A stretch of 64,000 bases of DNA. Source: Tubiluchus corallicola (lineage: Eukaryota; Animalia; Priapulida). The notes beneath the pieces are model-generated. The model was not told where the DNA came from. It saw only the letters and a program-made list of their open reading frames with translations, and did not search any database. Within the stretch, counting starts at the first letter, position 1. The number at the start of each line of letters is the position of its first letter. Positions 57,101 through 64,000 of this stretch are shown here, in pieces. The translations under genes were made by a program, and so were the position numbers. The stretch is taken from assembly GCA_030141605.1 (NCBI GenBank), contig JAQGDQ010000018.1:1178001-1242000 (forward strand). Reading direction: 5' to 3'.

Positions 57101-57543
57101 AAGTACAGCACTACAAGTTTTATACAAAAGCACAACGTGTTTATTCTTGATTGCCATCTTGCCTTAATAGAGGTTAAAAAGTTAAAGAATTCTACATAGC
57201 ATCAGCATACATTGATAAGAAGCCATGACAACAAGTCTTACGTTAAATATTTAATTTAACAATTCACATTTCAAGATGCTTCTAAACACAATAAATAGTG
57301 TAACATACTAGCTTCCACTTCAACTTCCTGTTCAACTTGTTTCTTTGTACCGCAAAAGTAAACAACTTTAGGGTTACTCTCTGTCACAGTGCCACCGAGA
57401 AAATCCAAAAGCTTTGTATGGCCATCGGGGCTATCACCATCTTCCTGATAATCTAATAACTTTTCAAAACAATCATCTGTCTCTGGTATCCCAAATGCAG
57501 CATAAATACGATTCTGAATCCATTCAATTCTGCAATCCGTCAT
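1366..57543 (-). CDS. DNAH10: Axonemal dynein heavy chain 10 (inner arm I1/f alpha-type); 73 coding exons in window, 3' end outside window
   Basis: Spliced exons give the dynein HC order: tail, linker, AAA1 (GPAGTGKT), AAA2 (GPTGGGKS), AAA3 (GETGTSKT), AAA4 (GVGGSGKQS), stalk/MTBD, AAA5, AAA6. N-terminus [29 protein letters not shown] and the GxxGTSKT AAA3 loop match DNAH10 from memory. Exons are bounded by AG acceptors and GT/GC donors; phase was checked at many junctions. Confidence 0.93.
2655..2816 (-). CDS. DNAH10: DNAH10 exon 72
   Basis: [21 protein letters not shown]. Confidence 0.92.
3346..3489 (-). CDS. DNAH10: DNAH10 exon 71
   Basis: [13 protein letters not shown]...LAFFHGVVQ. Confidence 0.92.
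3791..3869 (-). pseudogene. Intronic copy of an internal part of DNAH10 exon 70
   Basis: About 79 bp, ungapped and highly similar to about 4376-4454. Confidence 0.88.
4297..4497 (-). CDS. DNAH10: DNAH10 exon 70
   Basis: [10 protein letters not shown]...HPDFRLWLT. Confidence 0.92.
5044..5382 (-). CDS. DNAH10: DNAH10 exon 69 (AAA6)
   Basis: [12 protein letters not shown]...AMGQGQ. Confidence 0.92.
5869..5977 (-). CDS. DNAH10: DNAH10 exon 68
   Basis: [18 protein letters not shown]. Confidence 0.88.
6037..6104. repeat. (AAT)n-(ATT)n inverted microsatellite
   Basis: AAT repeats directly followed by ATT repeats. Confidence 0.85.
6232..6379 (-). CDS. DNAH10: DNAH10 exon 67
   Basis: [14 protein letters not shown]. 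Confidence 0.9.
6708..6816 (-). CDS. DNAH10: DNAH10 exon 66
   Basis: [19 protein letters not shown]. Confidence 0.9.
6962..7126 (-). CDS. DNAH10: DNAH10 exon 65
   Basis: [15 protein letters not shown]...MYQYSL. Confidence 0.92.
7254..7837. mobile_element. MITE-like element with degenerate terminal inverted repeats of about 39 bp
   Basis: TGCTTGCA...CGTCCATAAGTCGG versus CCGACTTGTGGACG...TGCAAGC. Confidence 0.6.
7922..8140 (-). CDS. DNAH10: DNAH10 exon 64
   Basis: [22 protein letters not shown]. Confidence 0.92.
8182..8513. repeat. Tandem duplication, period about 170 bp
   Basis: TACTGGTAACCTTAC...AAAAGTTAGTGTCTATTA...TTATTTCTGTTTA present twice. Confidence 0.88.
8889..9043 (-). CDS. DNAH10: DNAH10 exon 63 (GC donor)
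   Basis: [16 protein letters not shown]...INYTVTLK; donor AAG/GCAAGT. Confidence 0.9.
9851..9986 (-). CDS. DNAH10: DNAH10 exon 62
   Basis: [22 protein letters not shown]...[11 protein letters not shown]. Confidence 0.92.
11658..11805 (-). CDS. DNAH10: DNAH10 exon 61 (AAA5)
   Basis: [16 protein letters not shown]...[12 protein letters not shown]. Confidence 0.92.
12693..12914 (-). CDS. DNAH10: DNAH10 exon 60
   Basis: [18 protein letters not shown]. Confidence 0.92.
13086..13303 (-). CDS. DNAH10: DNAH10 exon 59 (stalk CC2)
   Basis: [21 protein letters not shown]. Confidence 0.9.
13597..13755 (-). CDS. DNAH10: DNAH10 exon 58
   Basis: [17 protein letters not shown]...VKPKREK. Confidence 0.9.
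14379..14538 (-). CDS. DNAH10: DNAH10 exon 57 (MTBD)
   Basis: [16 protein letters not shown]. Confidence 0.9.
14847..14944 (-). CDS. DNAH10: DNAH10 exon 56 (GC donor)
   Basis: [24 protein letters not shown]; donor AG/GCAAGT. Confidence 0.9.
15132..15365 (-). CDS. DNAH10: DNAH10 exon 55 (stalk CC1)
   Basis: [23 protein letters not shown]. Confidence 0.9.
15608..15805 (-). CDS. DNAH10: DNAH10 exon 54
   Basis: [16 protein letters not shown]. Confidence 0.9.
15962..16198 (-). CDS. DNAH10: DNAH10 exon 53
   Basis: [25 protein letters not shown]. Confidence 0.92.
16390..16478 (-). CDS. DNAH10: DNAH10 exon 52
   Basis: [18 protein letters not shown]. Confidence 0.9.
17238..17373 (-). CDS. DNAH10: DNAH10 exon 51
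   Basis: [11 protein letters not shown]...VFLFTDAHV. Confidence 0.9.
17695..17880 (-). CDS. DNAH10: DNAH10 exon 50 (AAA4 Walker A)
   Basis: [13 protein letters not shown]...GVGGSGKQS. Confidence 0.92.
18519..18683 (-). CDS. DNAH10: DNAH10 exon 49
   Basis: [10 protein letters not shown]...YEDVQDY. Confidence 0.9.
18814..18913 (-). CDS. DNAH10: DNAH10 exon 48
   Basis: [19 protein letters not shown]. Confidence 0.9.
19302..20368 (-). CDS. DNAH10: DNAH10 exon 47 (AAA3, large exon)
   Basis: VGETGTSKT...FIDDMNMP...[18 protein letters not shown]. Confidence 0.94.
20533..20677 (-). CDS. DNAH10: DNAH10 exon 46
   Basis: [20 protein letters not shown]. Confidence 0.9.
21211..21323 (-). CDS. DNAH10: DNAH10 exon 45 (GC donor)
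   Basis: [17 protein letters not shown]; donor AG/GCACGC. Confidence 0.85.
22246..22540 (-). CDS. DNAH10: DNAH10 exon 44
   Basis: [20 protein letters not shown]. Confidence 0.93.
23640..23756 (+). mobile_element. Short non-autonomous Helitron-like element
   Basis: (TA)n and TCTGTTTGT near the left end; hairpin CCACC-GCAA-GGTGG followed 7 nt later by CTGG (CTRR). Confidence 0.45.
23860..23978 (-). CDS. DNAH10: DNAH10 exon 43 (AAA2 Walker A)
   Basis: [15 protein letters not shown]. Confidence 0.92.
24180..24371 (-). CDS. DNAH10: DNAH10 exon 42
   Basis: [19 protein letters not shown]. Confidence 0.92.
25261..25407 (-). CDS. DNAH10: DNAH10 exon 41
   Basis: [18 protein letters not shown]. Confidence 0.92.
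25559..25747 (-). CDS. DNAH10: DNAH10 exon 40
   Basis: [16 protein letters not shown]. Confidence 0.93.
25863..26015 (-). CDS. DNAH10: DNAH10 exon 39 (AAA1 Walker B)
   Basis: [13 protein letters not shown]. Confidence 0.93.
26394..26528 (-). CDS. DNAH10: DNAH10 exon 38 (AAA1 Walker A)
   Basis: [15 protein letters not shown]. Confidence 0.93.
27211..27394 (-). CDS. DNAH10: DNAH10 exon 37
   Basis: [11 protein letters not shown]...[20 protein letters not shown]. Confidence 0.92.
27713..27813 (-). CDS. DNAH10: DNAH10 exon 36
   Basis: [19 protein letters not shown]. Confidence 0.92.
27977..28145 (-). CDS. DNAH10: DNAH10 exon 35
   Basis: [19 protein letters not shown]. Confidence 0.9.
28929..29161 (-). 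CDS. DNAH10: DNAH10 exon 34
   Basis: [10 protein letters not shown]...EGRVEEWM. Confidence 0.9.
29509..29590 (-). CDS. DNAH10: DNAH10 exon 33
   Basis: [18 protein letters not shown]. Confidence 0.92.
29773..29924 (-). CDS. DNAH10: DNAH10 exon 32
   Basis: [21 protein letters not shown]. Confidence 0.92.
30045..30167 (-). CDS. DNAH10: DNAH10 exon 31
   Basis: [29 protein letters not shown]. Confidence 0.92.
30509..30742 (-). CDS. DNAH10: DNAH10 exon 30
   Basis: [20 protein letters not shown]. Confidence 0.9.
31098..31254 (-). CDS. DNAH10: DNAH10 exon 29
   Basis: [14 protein letters not shown]. Confidence 0.9.
31556..31767 (-). CDS. DNAH10: DNAH10 exon 28
   Basis: [19 protein letters not shown]. 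Confidence 0.9.
32210..32388 (-). CDS. DNAH10: DNAH10 exon 27
   Basis: [19 protein letters not shown]. Confidence 0.9.
32543..32645 (-). CDS. DNAH10: DNAH10 exon 26
   Basis: [14 protein letters not shown]. Confidence 0.87.
33163..33279 (-). CDS. DNAH10: DNAH10 exon 25
   Basis: [14 protein letters not shown]. Confidence 0.87.
33818..33970 (-). pseudogene. Intronic pseudo-exon copy of DNAH10 exon 22
   Basis: 51 codons align without gaps to 35446-35598; TGG>TGA stop; donor lost. Confidence 0.9.
33990..34148 (-). CDS. DNAH10: DNAH10 exon 24
   Basis: [19 protein letters not shown]. Confidence 0.87.
34422..34586 (-). CDS. DNAH10: DNAH10 exon 23
   Basis: [20 protein letters not shown]. Confidence 0.85.
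35446..35618 (-). CDS. DNAH10: DNAH10 exon 22
   Basis: [16 protein letters not shown]...FDEKLLYY. Confidence 0.88.
35979..36127 (-). CDS. DNAH10: DNAH10 exon 21
   Basis: [14 protein letters not shown]. Confidence 0.88.
36557..36984. mobile_element. Degenerate MITE with ends related to 53539-53624
   Basis: GTAGCTAG near 36564 and CTAGCTACGGTACTG at the right end. Confidence 0.4.
37116..37276 (-). CDS. DNAH10: DNAH10 exon 20
   Basis: [18 protein letters not shown]. Confidence 0.88.
37489..37677 (-). CDS. DNAH10: DNAH10 exon 19
   Basis: [23 protein letters not shown]. Confidence 0.9.
37981..38770. repeat. Degenerate tandem array, six units of about 130-155 bp
   Basis: Units start AACCAGTCTC-like near 37991, 38145, 38285, 38433, 38573, 38704; shared TTTCATTTGA and GAAGGCATTTG motifs. 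Confidence 0.85.
38950..39090 (-). CDS. DNAH10: DNAH10 exon 18
   Basis: [19 protein letters not shown]. Confidence 0.88.
39658..39858 (-). CDS. DNAH10: DNAH10 exon 17
   Basis: [16 protein letters not shown]. Confidence 0.9.
40052..40290. mobile_element. MITE-like element
   Basis: GGGCCAGTTTCACAAA...TTTGTAAGCCTGGACCC inverted ends, with further inward complementarity. Confidence 0.6.
40723..40850 (-). CDS. DNAH10: DNAH10 exon 16
   Basis: [22 protein letters not shown]. Confidence 0.85.
42190..42421 (-). CDS. DNAH10: DNAH10 exon 15
   Basis: [20 protein letters not shown]. Confidence 0.82.
43315..43491 (-). CDS. DNAH10: DNAH10 exon 14
   Basis: [21 protein letters not shown]. Confidence 0.9.
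43836..44084 (-). CDS. DNAH10: DNAH10 exon 13
   Basis: [19 protein letters not shown]. Confidence 0.9.
44283..44399 (-). CDS. DNAH10: DNAH10 exon 12
   Basis: [17 protein letters not shown]. Confidence 0.9.
44587..44785 (-). CDS. DNAH10: DNAH10 exon 11
   Basis: [22 protein letters not shown]. Confidence 0.9.
45139..47562 (-). mobile_element. 5'-truncated non-LTR retrotransposon with RT, RNase H and CCHC (R1/LOA-like, I group) in DNAH10 intron 10
   Basis: 12-bp TSD TACTTTATAGTA at 45127-45138 and 47563-47574; 3' tail CTAATCTAATC on minus strand; visibly more GC-rich than flanks. Confidence 0.93.
45254..47560 (-). pseudogene. Retroelement ORF2 remnant (reverse transcriptase, RNase H, CCHC zinc knuckle) with one in-frame TAG at 47249-47251
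   Basis: [40 protein letters not shown]; RNase [35 protein letters not shown]; CPKC...H...C. ORFs 47249-47551 and 45254-47191 share a frame. Confidence 0.92.
47762..47925 (-). CDS. DNAH10: DNAH10 exon 10
   Basis: [19 protein letters not shown]. Confidence 0.9.
48388..48790. repeat. Tandem duplication, period about 223 bp
   Basis: TTTGTGAGCATCAGTTTGTGAGAAATATAAA at 48388 and 48611, similarity continuing about 180 bp. Confidence 0.9.
48820..48942 (-). CDS. DNAH10: DNAH10 exon 9
   Basis: [18 protein letters not shown]. Confidence 0.88.
49578..49738 (-). CDS. DNAH10: DNAH10 exon 8
   Basis: [17 protein letters not shown]. Confidence 0.88.
50819..50944 (-). CDS. DNAH10: DNAH10 exon 7
   Basis: [19 protein letters not shown]. 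Confidence 0.85.
51151..51373 (-). CDS. DNAH10: DNAH10 exon 6
   Basis: [25 protein letters not shown]. Confidence 0.85.
51745..51871 (-). CDS. DNAH10: DNAH10 exon 5
   Basis: [19 protein letters not shown]. Confidence 0.8.
53539..53624. mobile_element. Very short MITE-like element
   Basis: AGTGGCACAGCTA / TAGCTATGCCACT, 12 of 13 inverted match. Confidence 0.55.
54232..54332 (-). CDS. DNAH10: DNAH10 exon 4
   Basis: [24 protein letters not shown]. Confidence 0.75.
54750..54890 (-). mobile_element. tRNA-derived SINE remnant
   Basis: TCTTTGGTATGACCCAGCC...TTGAAATCACGTCCTCCCA resembles a reversed B-box-containing SINE head. Confidence 0.4.
54919..55070 (-). CDS. DNAH10: DNAH10 exon 3
   Basis: [18 protein letters not shown]; phase 1-0. 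Confidence 0.65.
55853..56029 (-). CDS. DNAH10: DNAH10 exon 2
   Basis: [20 protein letters not shown]; phase 1-1, AG/GT. Confidence 0.7.
57309..57543 (-). CDS. DNAH10: DNAH10 coding exon 1 (start codon)
   Basis: [19 protein letters not shown]; GT donor. Confidence 0.85.
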
Positions 57544-58083
57544 TTTCTTTGTTCCCTGACAATACTTGTCAAATTAAACTTCTTTCTTTAGGTAATCAAG
57601 AACCTGACATCTACAATATAAAAATAATTTTAAAACAAATTATAAGCTAAGACTAAAAAAATCAACTGGGTCTTCACTAAAATACAGAAAACTACATGAC
57701 GGTATTTAACAATATTTAACGGGCAAGATAGCGAAAGATCAATATTGTCATCTAGTTTGCCATCACAGACACATTGTCTATGTCAAAAGTTTTATTTTAT
57801 TCACTAATAGAAGAGAGCAGATTAGAAGCAACTGAACGACCAGGTTGTTGCATTAACTGAAATTAAAAACAAAATATCACACGCTAAATTCTAAAAGTTT
57901 TGTGGTGTTAACAACCTAGCAGATTACCATATTTTTCTGTACTTTACCGAATACTGATTTTAACAGTTACTCTCAAATCAAAGTATATGGTTCTAACAAG
58001 TATATAAATTCATTTATTCTGCGCTCCTTACAATAGTTCATAGACGATACAATTAAAAATTAACTGTCAAAAAGCTTGGCGCG

Positions 58084-58117
58084 GTTGCTATAACAACTGG
58101 TTGTTATTATAAACAAA
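58084..58117. promoter_or_regulatory. RFX X-box with adjacent degenerate X-box and forkhead (FoxJ1-type) motif upstream of DNAH10
   Basis: GTTGCTATAACAAC at 58084-58097; GTTGTTATTATAAAC at 58100-58114 overlapping TAAACAAA; about 540 bp upstream of the ATG. Confidence 0.65.
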
Positions 58118-59883
58118 AACCTCGAAGTTGAATTACATAATGCCCAACCGGACGAAAGTATTTCAATGCCTAAGACCACAGATAATTTTGGATTACAATT
58201 TGAATTTGGATACAAGAATGACTCCAGTTGTACTAGTCAATGCAATTTACGTAATTATGGAAACTGTAAATCTCTTTGCACAAAGAAATAGTCCAGTACA
58301 CCCGGCTCATACATTCAAGCCATGCTCAGATATCATCTTTTGAATTGCTTTCAAACTGTATGGCTTCACATATTCAATAATTGCAAGCAAATTCCACTAA
58401 TTAGTAATTTCAACTGTTATTCTTGACATTAAGGTTAGATAAATTATTACACGTGTTTTTTTCAATGGCGTAATTAGTTCAGCTGCTCTAATTATAGATT
58501 CCCACAATCCTGGATGAAAAATGCGTTTGTGAGTGTAGGTCTCCCGCTGGCTGACTGACATTGCAATCGCTCTGTGCCCATAATTGCAAGTTTACTGGGA
58601 ATTTCAAGATAATGAGTGAGAACACAGTCTTGGATCTGAATGAGTTTTCGAAAATTGTCATAAAGAGATGCGTGGGAATGAGCAAAAATTATATGCTGAA
58701 TATTCATGCACAAATAATTTTATAGGTAAACACTTTCAATACTCTAACGGTGTTGTGTAGAAATGGAGCAATCGAGGCTGCGATATTATAATTATTAATG
58801 ACCCCTAACGCCGAGTCTTTCAAATGAGGACTGGTGAAAGGTAGTGGCATAACAGCATTTTTATAATTATGCTAGCACTTATCACTAGTACTTGAAGTAG
58901 GGAATTGTTACTTTTAATCTAAAAAAATGATAATGTTATTCTTTGGAAAAAATCTCTGGGCTATAGAAGAATTTTGTTAGTGGCATATCACTAAAATGGA
59001 AAATAGTAAATAGTTTAGAATACTTAGGATGAGATGTAAAACTGGAAATGACTTTGCCGTTATATTTTATTGGCAGTGGGCCCTAATCAGAGCCCTTGCT
59101 GTCAACACCAGTTGGTTCTTGCTGTCTCCCATTTTGTTATACGATTGTGAAATTGGTTGCGTTTCCAGCAAAAATGCAAATGTAATTAAAGCGAATTAAT
59201 TGGAACTGTGAGTACAGAAAAACATTCGACTAAACAAAACGAAGATGTAAAGTGTAAAATTATCATAATTTATGTGCTATTGTGGTAAGACAGAAACTTT
59301 TTTCCTCGTTGCATGAAAATTTAATGCTGTATTTTTTGTGTCTCCAATGTTGACTTAAGGATGAGGTATGGCTGTACTCTTTGCTGTAATTTTGCTATAA
59401 ATATGTAAGAATTTTATCATAGACATAGACAATTTATTTTTCTTGTCTCAAGCAGTGAATACAACAACATGCATTACAAATGAAAAAGACATCATATTAG
59501 TTGTGCCGAAGAAAGGGCAAAGAGGGACTTTAATAGTTGTTGAGTCTGCTTTATCAATTCATCATGAAAAATTACATAAAATTACATTAATGGACATTAC
59601 AATTCTAACTACAGTCTTGACAAGTGTGTTAATCTATGATTCTATAGGCATTTCAATTAAAGAATTAGTACAATAAGCTTATTAAAATATTATATCATTA
59701 CGTTTTGGATAACTAATTTAAGTTAACTTAATTCATATGGTGATTATATGTTCTGGTATCTAAGTATTGCTAGTAAGACTTCTCCATTATAGTACAATAA
59801 AATAGCCTTTTTTAATTACTAATAAAAATTAGTATTTATAGTGTTTATACTAAAACTATACTGCTATATAAAATTTTCCAGAA

Positions 59884-59886
<3 letters not shown>

Positions 59887-59920
<34 letters not shown>
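59887..59920. repeat. (AAT)n microsatellite
   Basis: Read directly from sequence. Confidence 0.85.
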
Positions 59921-59921
<1 letters not shown>

Positions 59922-60378
59922 TAACATTCATATAAAAATTACATACTTTTAGTACATTTAGTGTAAAACTAAGTAATGACGATGATGACGAGGTAATGAT
60001 AAGTAGCGTTCCTTTTAGAGAATTATATTTGCAAGAGCATTTTGCGAGATCATTCACAGTGGCTTCCTAATTTTTTATTGATCTGCGGGTATAGTTCATG
60101 CGCAATGTAGCCATGGTGTAATTGTGCATTGCAAGACAATCACTTATTTGACCAGCAAGAAGTGAGAACACTTTCAGCTAACAAAAAAGCATAGAGAGAA
60201 GGCGTATCACCGAATAATAGAAAAAATTATTTTACTATTACGATATTTATCGATTATTAATTACTAGATGCGAACTGCTTTGTTCGAGCTGTGGTCTTCC
60301 GTATTAATATCTGTGGCAAATTTCGAGTTCTGATTGAATACTTCTCATTTCGAGATTCAACTTCAGTATTTCGAAAGC

Positions 60379-61049
60379 ATGGCTGCGAAGCAGGATGTAA
60401 ACACAAATTTTCTTAAAATTTATGAAAAAGCTTTAAGTTTGGGATTAACTGATAAGGATTTAGCATCACTAGAAGCAGTCAAGCGCCTGAAAAGCCATTC
60501 CAAGTTGTTAAAGTTCGATTGTTTTGCAAAAATTCCGAAAAAGCACGTGCTGTGTGGCATTTTGGTTGTCATTTTAGCTGTATTTACGAGTTTTATTCAT
60601 CTTGGACTTTATAATCGTAATGGTCTGGCAAAATTTTGGCTTACAACTTACCACAACTACAAGTTAGACGGAGAAAAATGTGTTTTTGTTATGCCAGACA
60701 AATTGATAGACGTTTTTAGGCCACCAGTTGACTGCAGTATGTGCAGAGATGTAAATAGTGTGGACAAAGTGCGCCATTTAGATCCCAAAGACTTTGAGGA
60801 AAAATATGCTTATTCTGGAAAACCGGTATTAGTGCTTGACGGAGCCGTGAATTGGACAGCGATGGAAGTATTTACGTTTAACTTCTTCAAGAGTGTGTAC
60901 ACTGAAGATAGTCCTGTTCTGGAAAACTTTGAAAAAAATTGTCAATTTTTCCCGTATAAGACAGAATTTCGAAATCTCAGAGAAGTATTCAGTATGAATA
61001 AGGAGCGTGCTGAAATGAAGGATAACTCCAAGCCATGGTACATCGGTTG
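60379..61049 (+). CDS. First coding exon of a conserved invertebrate membrane-anchored cupin/JmjC-like protein; later exons not found in window
   Basis: ATG at 60379; hydrophobic segment LCGILVVILAVFTSFIHLGL; RPPVDCSMC, FEEKYAYSGKPVLVLDGAVNWTA, CQFFPYKTEF, PWYIGW; strong donor TG/GTAAGT at 61050. Confidence 0.8.
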
Positions 61050-62284
61050 GTAAGTAATTATTAAATCTGGAGTTACTTGTTCTTAATTACTCTAAAAGTG
61101 CATAGTTACTATCATACTTAGTAGTAATGTAAGATACTGGTTTGCTCTTCTTATATTAAGAAAGTAGCTCTTAAGTTTAATATATATATATATAAAAGGA
61201 TTAATATTTTGTGTTAATATAGTTATAATATTTGAAATTTGTGATGATGTGAATTTGATTACTTAATGGTGCCTGCTAGATTTTAATTTAGGCTTTTTAA
61301 AACTTTTTTATCCCGCACTAGACTCTGGCTGGATATCCAATTTGTTTATTAGGCAAATTAGCGACTACAGTTCACACTTTTCAAAATTATGCAATTTGTT
61401 TGAGATTGACTGTAAAATTTTGTATTGTATAAAATTCCTGGGCAAAAAATTATTTTATGGATTATCAAAATACCTGAATAGTATCTGAAATTTTCTGCAC
61501 AGTAAACTTTTCTGAGGCAGTGCATTTAAATTAATCTAGGGAAAGTCTTCAGTGCTTAGGTATTTGATATGTTTTCTAAAGCCTCTTATAGAATTGCTGG
61601 ATCAAGTTTAGTGAATCTATGTAAAAAAACAAAGAAAGACTGGCTTGTATAACTTCCTATTTATTTTATATGATGCCAAATTGTTTTTGTACTTTATTTG
61701 TGCATATTAAACTGAGGTGATTGATATACCAATTTTTGAAACAATTACCTTCAGCACAATTGCTGACTAGTAAACTAGCCATTGAACTAATATGAATTCT
61801 CAAAATACTTTGACTGTCAGAAATTTTGTACTACTTACTGTAGGCCTTAAGTATTGTGTCATTAAACAATGTTGGATCTATCACTGGCGTGCTATCCAGC
61901 AATGAGTGGTTCCAGTTTTAGTAGTATGACTACATTTTAATTAATGAAAAATGTGTTTCATTAACTATTTATATAAATACCTCAAAAATGGGATAGCACA
62001 TTATTAAAGGCTGTGTAATGTAAAAGTTACCAATGAGGTAGGGTGTTTCAGCAAAAAAGTAAGCTAATTGGCATTTAAACATAAAAGAAACATTACCATG
62101 TATCACACTGTTTTCTTTTGTATACTGAAAAGTGATTGTGTGACATACTTCCAAGCACACACGCCAAATTGACAAAGACACAATTTCACATGATGATGTT
62201 TTGCAATACAAAACAAAATTTCTCGGCATGGACATTTGCGATTTGGTGAATATTTAACTTCTTTTAAGCATTTTTTTGGTATGC

Positions 62285-63440
62285 GTTAAAATGGCACAGA
62301 AGAAATGGCTTGGTATAAATGGCACCAATGGAAAAGTAGGTAAAAATGGCTCAGGGAAAAATGGCACATATATGTTATTTTGATGCAGTTAATTTCTATA
62401 CTGAAAGAAGAATGCGCTCAGTAGGAAGCAGGTCTCCTCCAAAACCAAACAACACTAGTCTTATTCGTCTGTTTCTTTGTTTCAAAAAAATCTTACACAC
62501 AGATAAATAAGCAACCATACAAAAATGTACCTGTGTTGGTAATATATAGACTAGCAAAAGACTCATAAAATATTTTGTTCAGTAAATAGAATTATAATCA
62601 ATAATTTACAAATATTCCACATAGTGCTTATCTGCCTTTCTTAGCCATTAATTTTGGTGATGATAAATATATGCATATTGCCGTACGAAATTCACTTATA
62701 AAGCTACAAGCATTAATGCCGTTACACAGTTTTCCAAGCGAGAATTTCTTGAAATGGAACCTGGAACTAGTTAACTACTAGTTGTTTGACCTGGTGGAGA
62801 TAATAAAAAGAAGTACTAAACACTCCCTCTGAGACCTCCATGAACTGCTTCGCAAATGTTTTTTTGTATGTGCTGTTCGATCATGCTTTGTGAAAAAAGA
62901 TTGTTCTATTCTTTAGACAATCTTGCCCAAGTTCCATAACCCATTAGTCCCAATGCCATCTTCAAATGTGATTATAATCAGAAAAATAGCATAAAATTGA
63001 CTATTTCAGGTTACAACATTATATATATATATATATATATATATAACATAAATTTTGAGCACATTTGAATTAATTTAGACCGTGAAGATCTTATTGAGGC
63101 TTATAAAAAGTAACCAGGAAAGAAAACATTTTGGGTGAAAATTTCTGAAAAGATATTGCCCGAATGTGGATTTCTAATGAATGTGTTTGCTTACGACATA
63201 ATCCTGACAGTTGTCACAGATTCCCATGGATGAACTCAACTCTGTTGTTAGTTCTCAACTATTGCTAACTAACCATTCCTATAACCTACGCAAACCTATT
63301 TAGAAATGCTTAGGCCATAATTTTTGCATGCATGTTAAAGTCGAATCATTTATACCTGCTAACTCAGGCTTCAATATAAAGTTATAAATTTCATTTATCA
63401 CTTCTTATCAAGTAGGCCATTTTACTTTTGCTATCATTAA
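62285..63440. mobile_element. Degenerate DNA transposon with AAATGGCAC subterminal repeats (possibly MULE-related)
   Basis: Five AAATGGC repeats at 62289-62368; GCCATTTT near 63416; decayed coding-like interior. Confidence 0.35.
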
Positions 63441-63746
63441 AACAGCTTTCTATGATTGGCCTAACCATGTAAAGTTAGTTTGTCCTTTTTTAAAGTTAAT
63501 CAAACAGTTGTCTTTATATAGCTTGCAAGGTCAAACGTTAAACTAAACTGCGTACTTTGTTAATAACAAAATCAGTAACTCATAGATGTAAGCATTGCGC
63601 ATTTCTTTCTATAAAAAACGAAATGAAATCTATAATAAAACCTAAAAGCCGGCTGGTTTCTCTACCGCGAACTAATGAAAAGTTGACCATTTTTCATAAC
63701 AATATAACATATACTGGCACTACCTAGTTGCAGCTCATGTCCCCGA

Positions 63747-64000
63747 CAGGGCCTATTTCAGCCTTGGCGAGGCCCGGGGAAGTGGGGTGTGTGAGGCCCC
63801 ATCGGGGGCGAAGGGCCGGGTGCCACCATGGTTGGCGCCCAGAAAATTTTTGAACTGCTAGAACCCGGAGAAGCATTTTCGAAGAGAAAATATGGAGTGA
63901 TACAGTTGTTAAAGGAAAGAACAATTGAAAGAAAAACTGCTTTATTCTCAAGACCAGTCCTTAATACTTGTCAATACGGGCAAACGGCGCGCGTGCAGCA
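63747..64000. mobile_element. GC-rich MITE-like left end, runs off the window
   Basis: Abrupt GC-rich block beginning CAGGGCC followed by AGAAAATTTTTGAA, a layout common in invertebrate non-autonomous DNA elements. Confidence 0.4.

Noticed and set aside
58488-58713. Small ORFs between the two genes; HFSSRIVGIYN faintly resembles a CR1/L2 C-terminal motif
   Set aside because: The match is too short, flanking motifs are absent, and there is no clear splice or start context.

Overview
AT-rich, intron-dense animal (invertebrate-like) genomic DNA. About 56 kb is one minus-strand gene for an axonemal dynein heavy chain, best matching DNAH10 (inner arm I1/f alpha). I traced 73 coding exons by hand from the ATG at 57543 to 1366; the 3' end lies beyond the left edge. 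Three introns need GC donors, one of them an atypical AG/GCACGC. Intron 10 holds a 5'-truncated non-LTR retrotransposon (RT, RNase H, CCHC) with a perfect 12-bp target-site duplication, a (CTAAT)n tail, a structured 3' UTR and one in-frame stop. Two introns contain displaced copies of the gene's own exons. An RFX X-box and a forkhead motif sit upstream of the dynein start. A divergent plus-strand gene (membrane-anchored cupin/JmjC-like protein) starts at 60379. Introns also hold MITE-, Helitron-, SINE- and MULE-like remnants and tandem duplications. I found no convincing novel multi-gene system. All family calls come from motif recall, not database searches, and exon edges may be off by a base or two.
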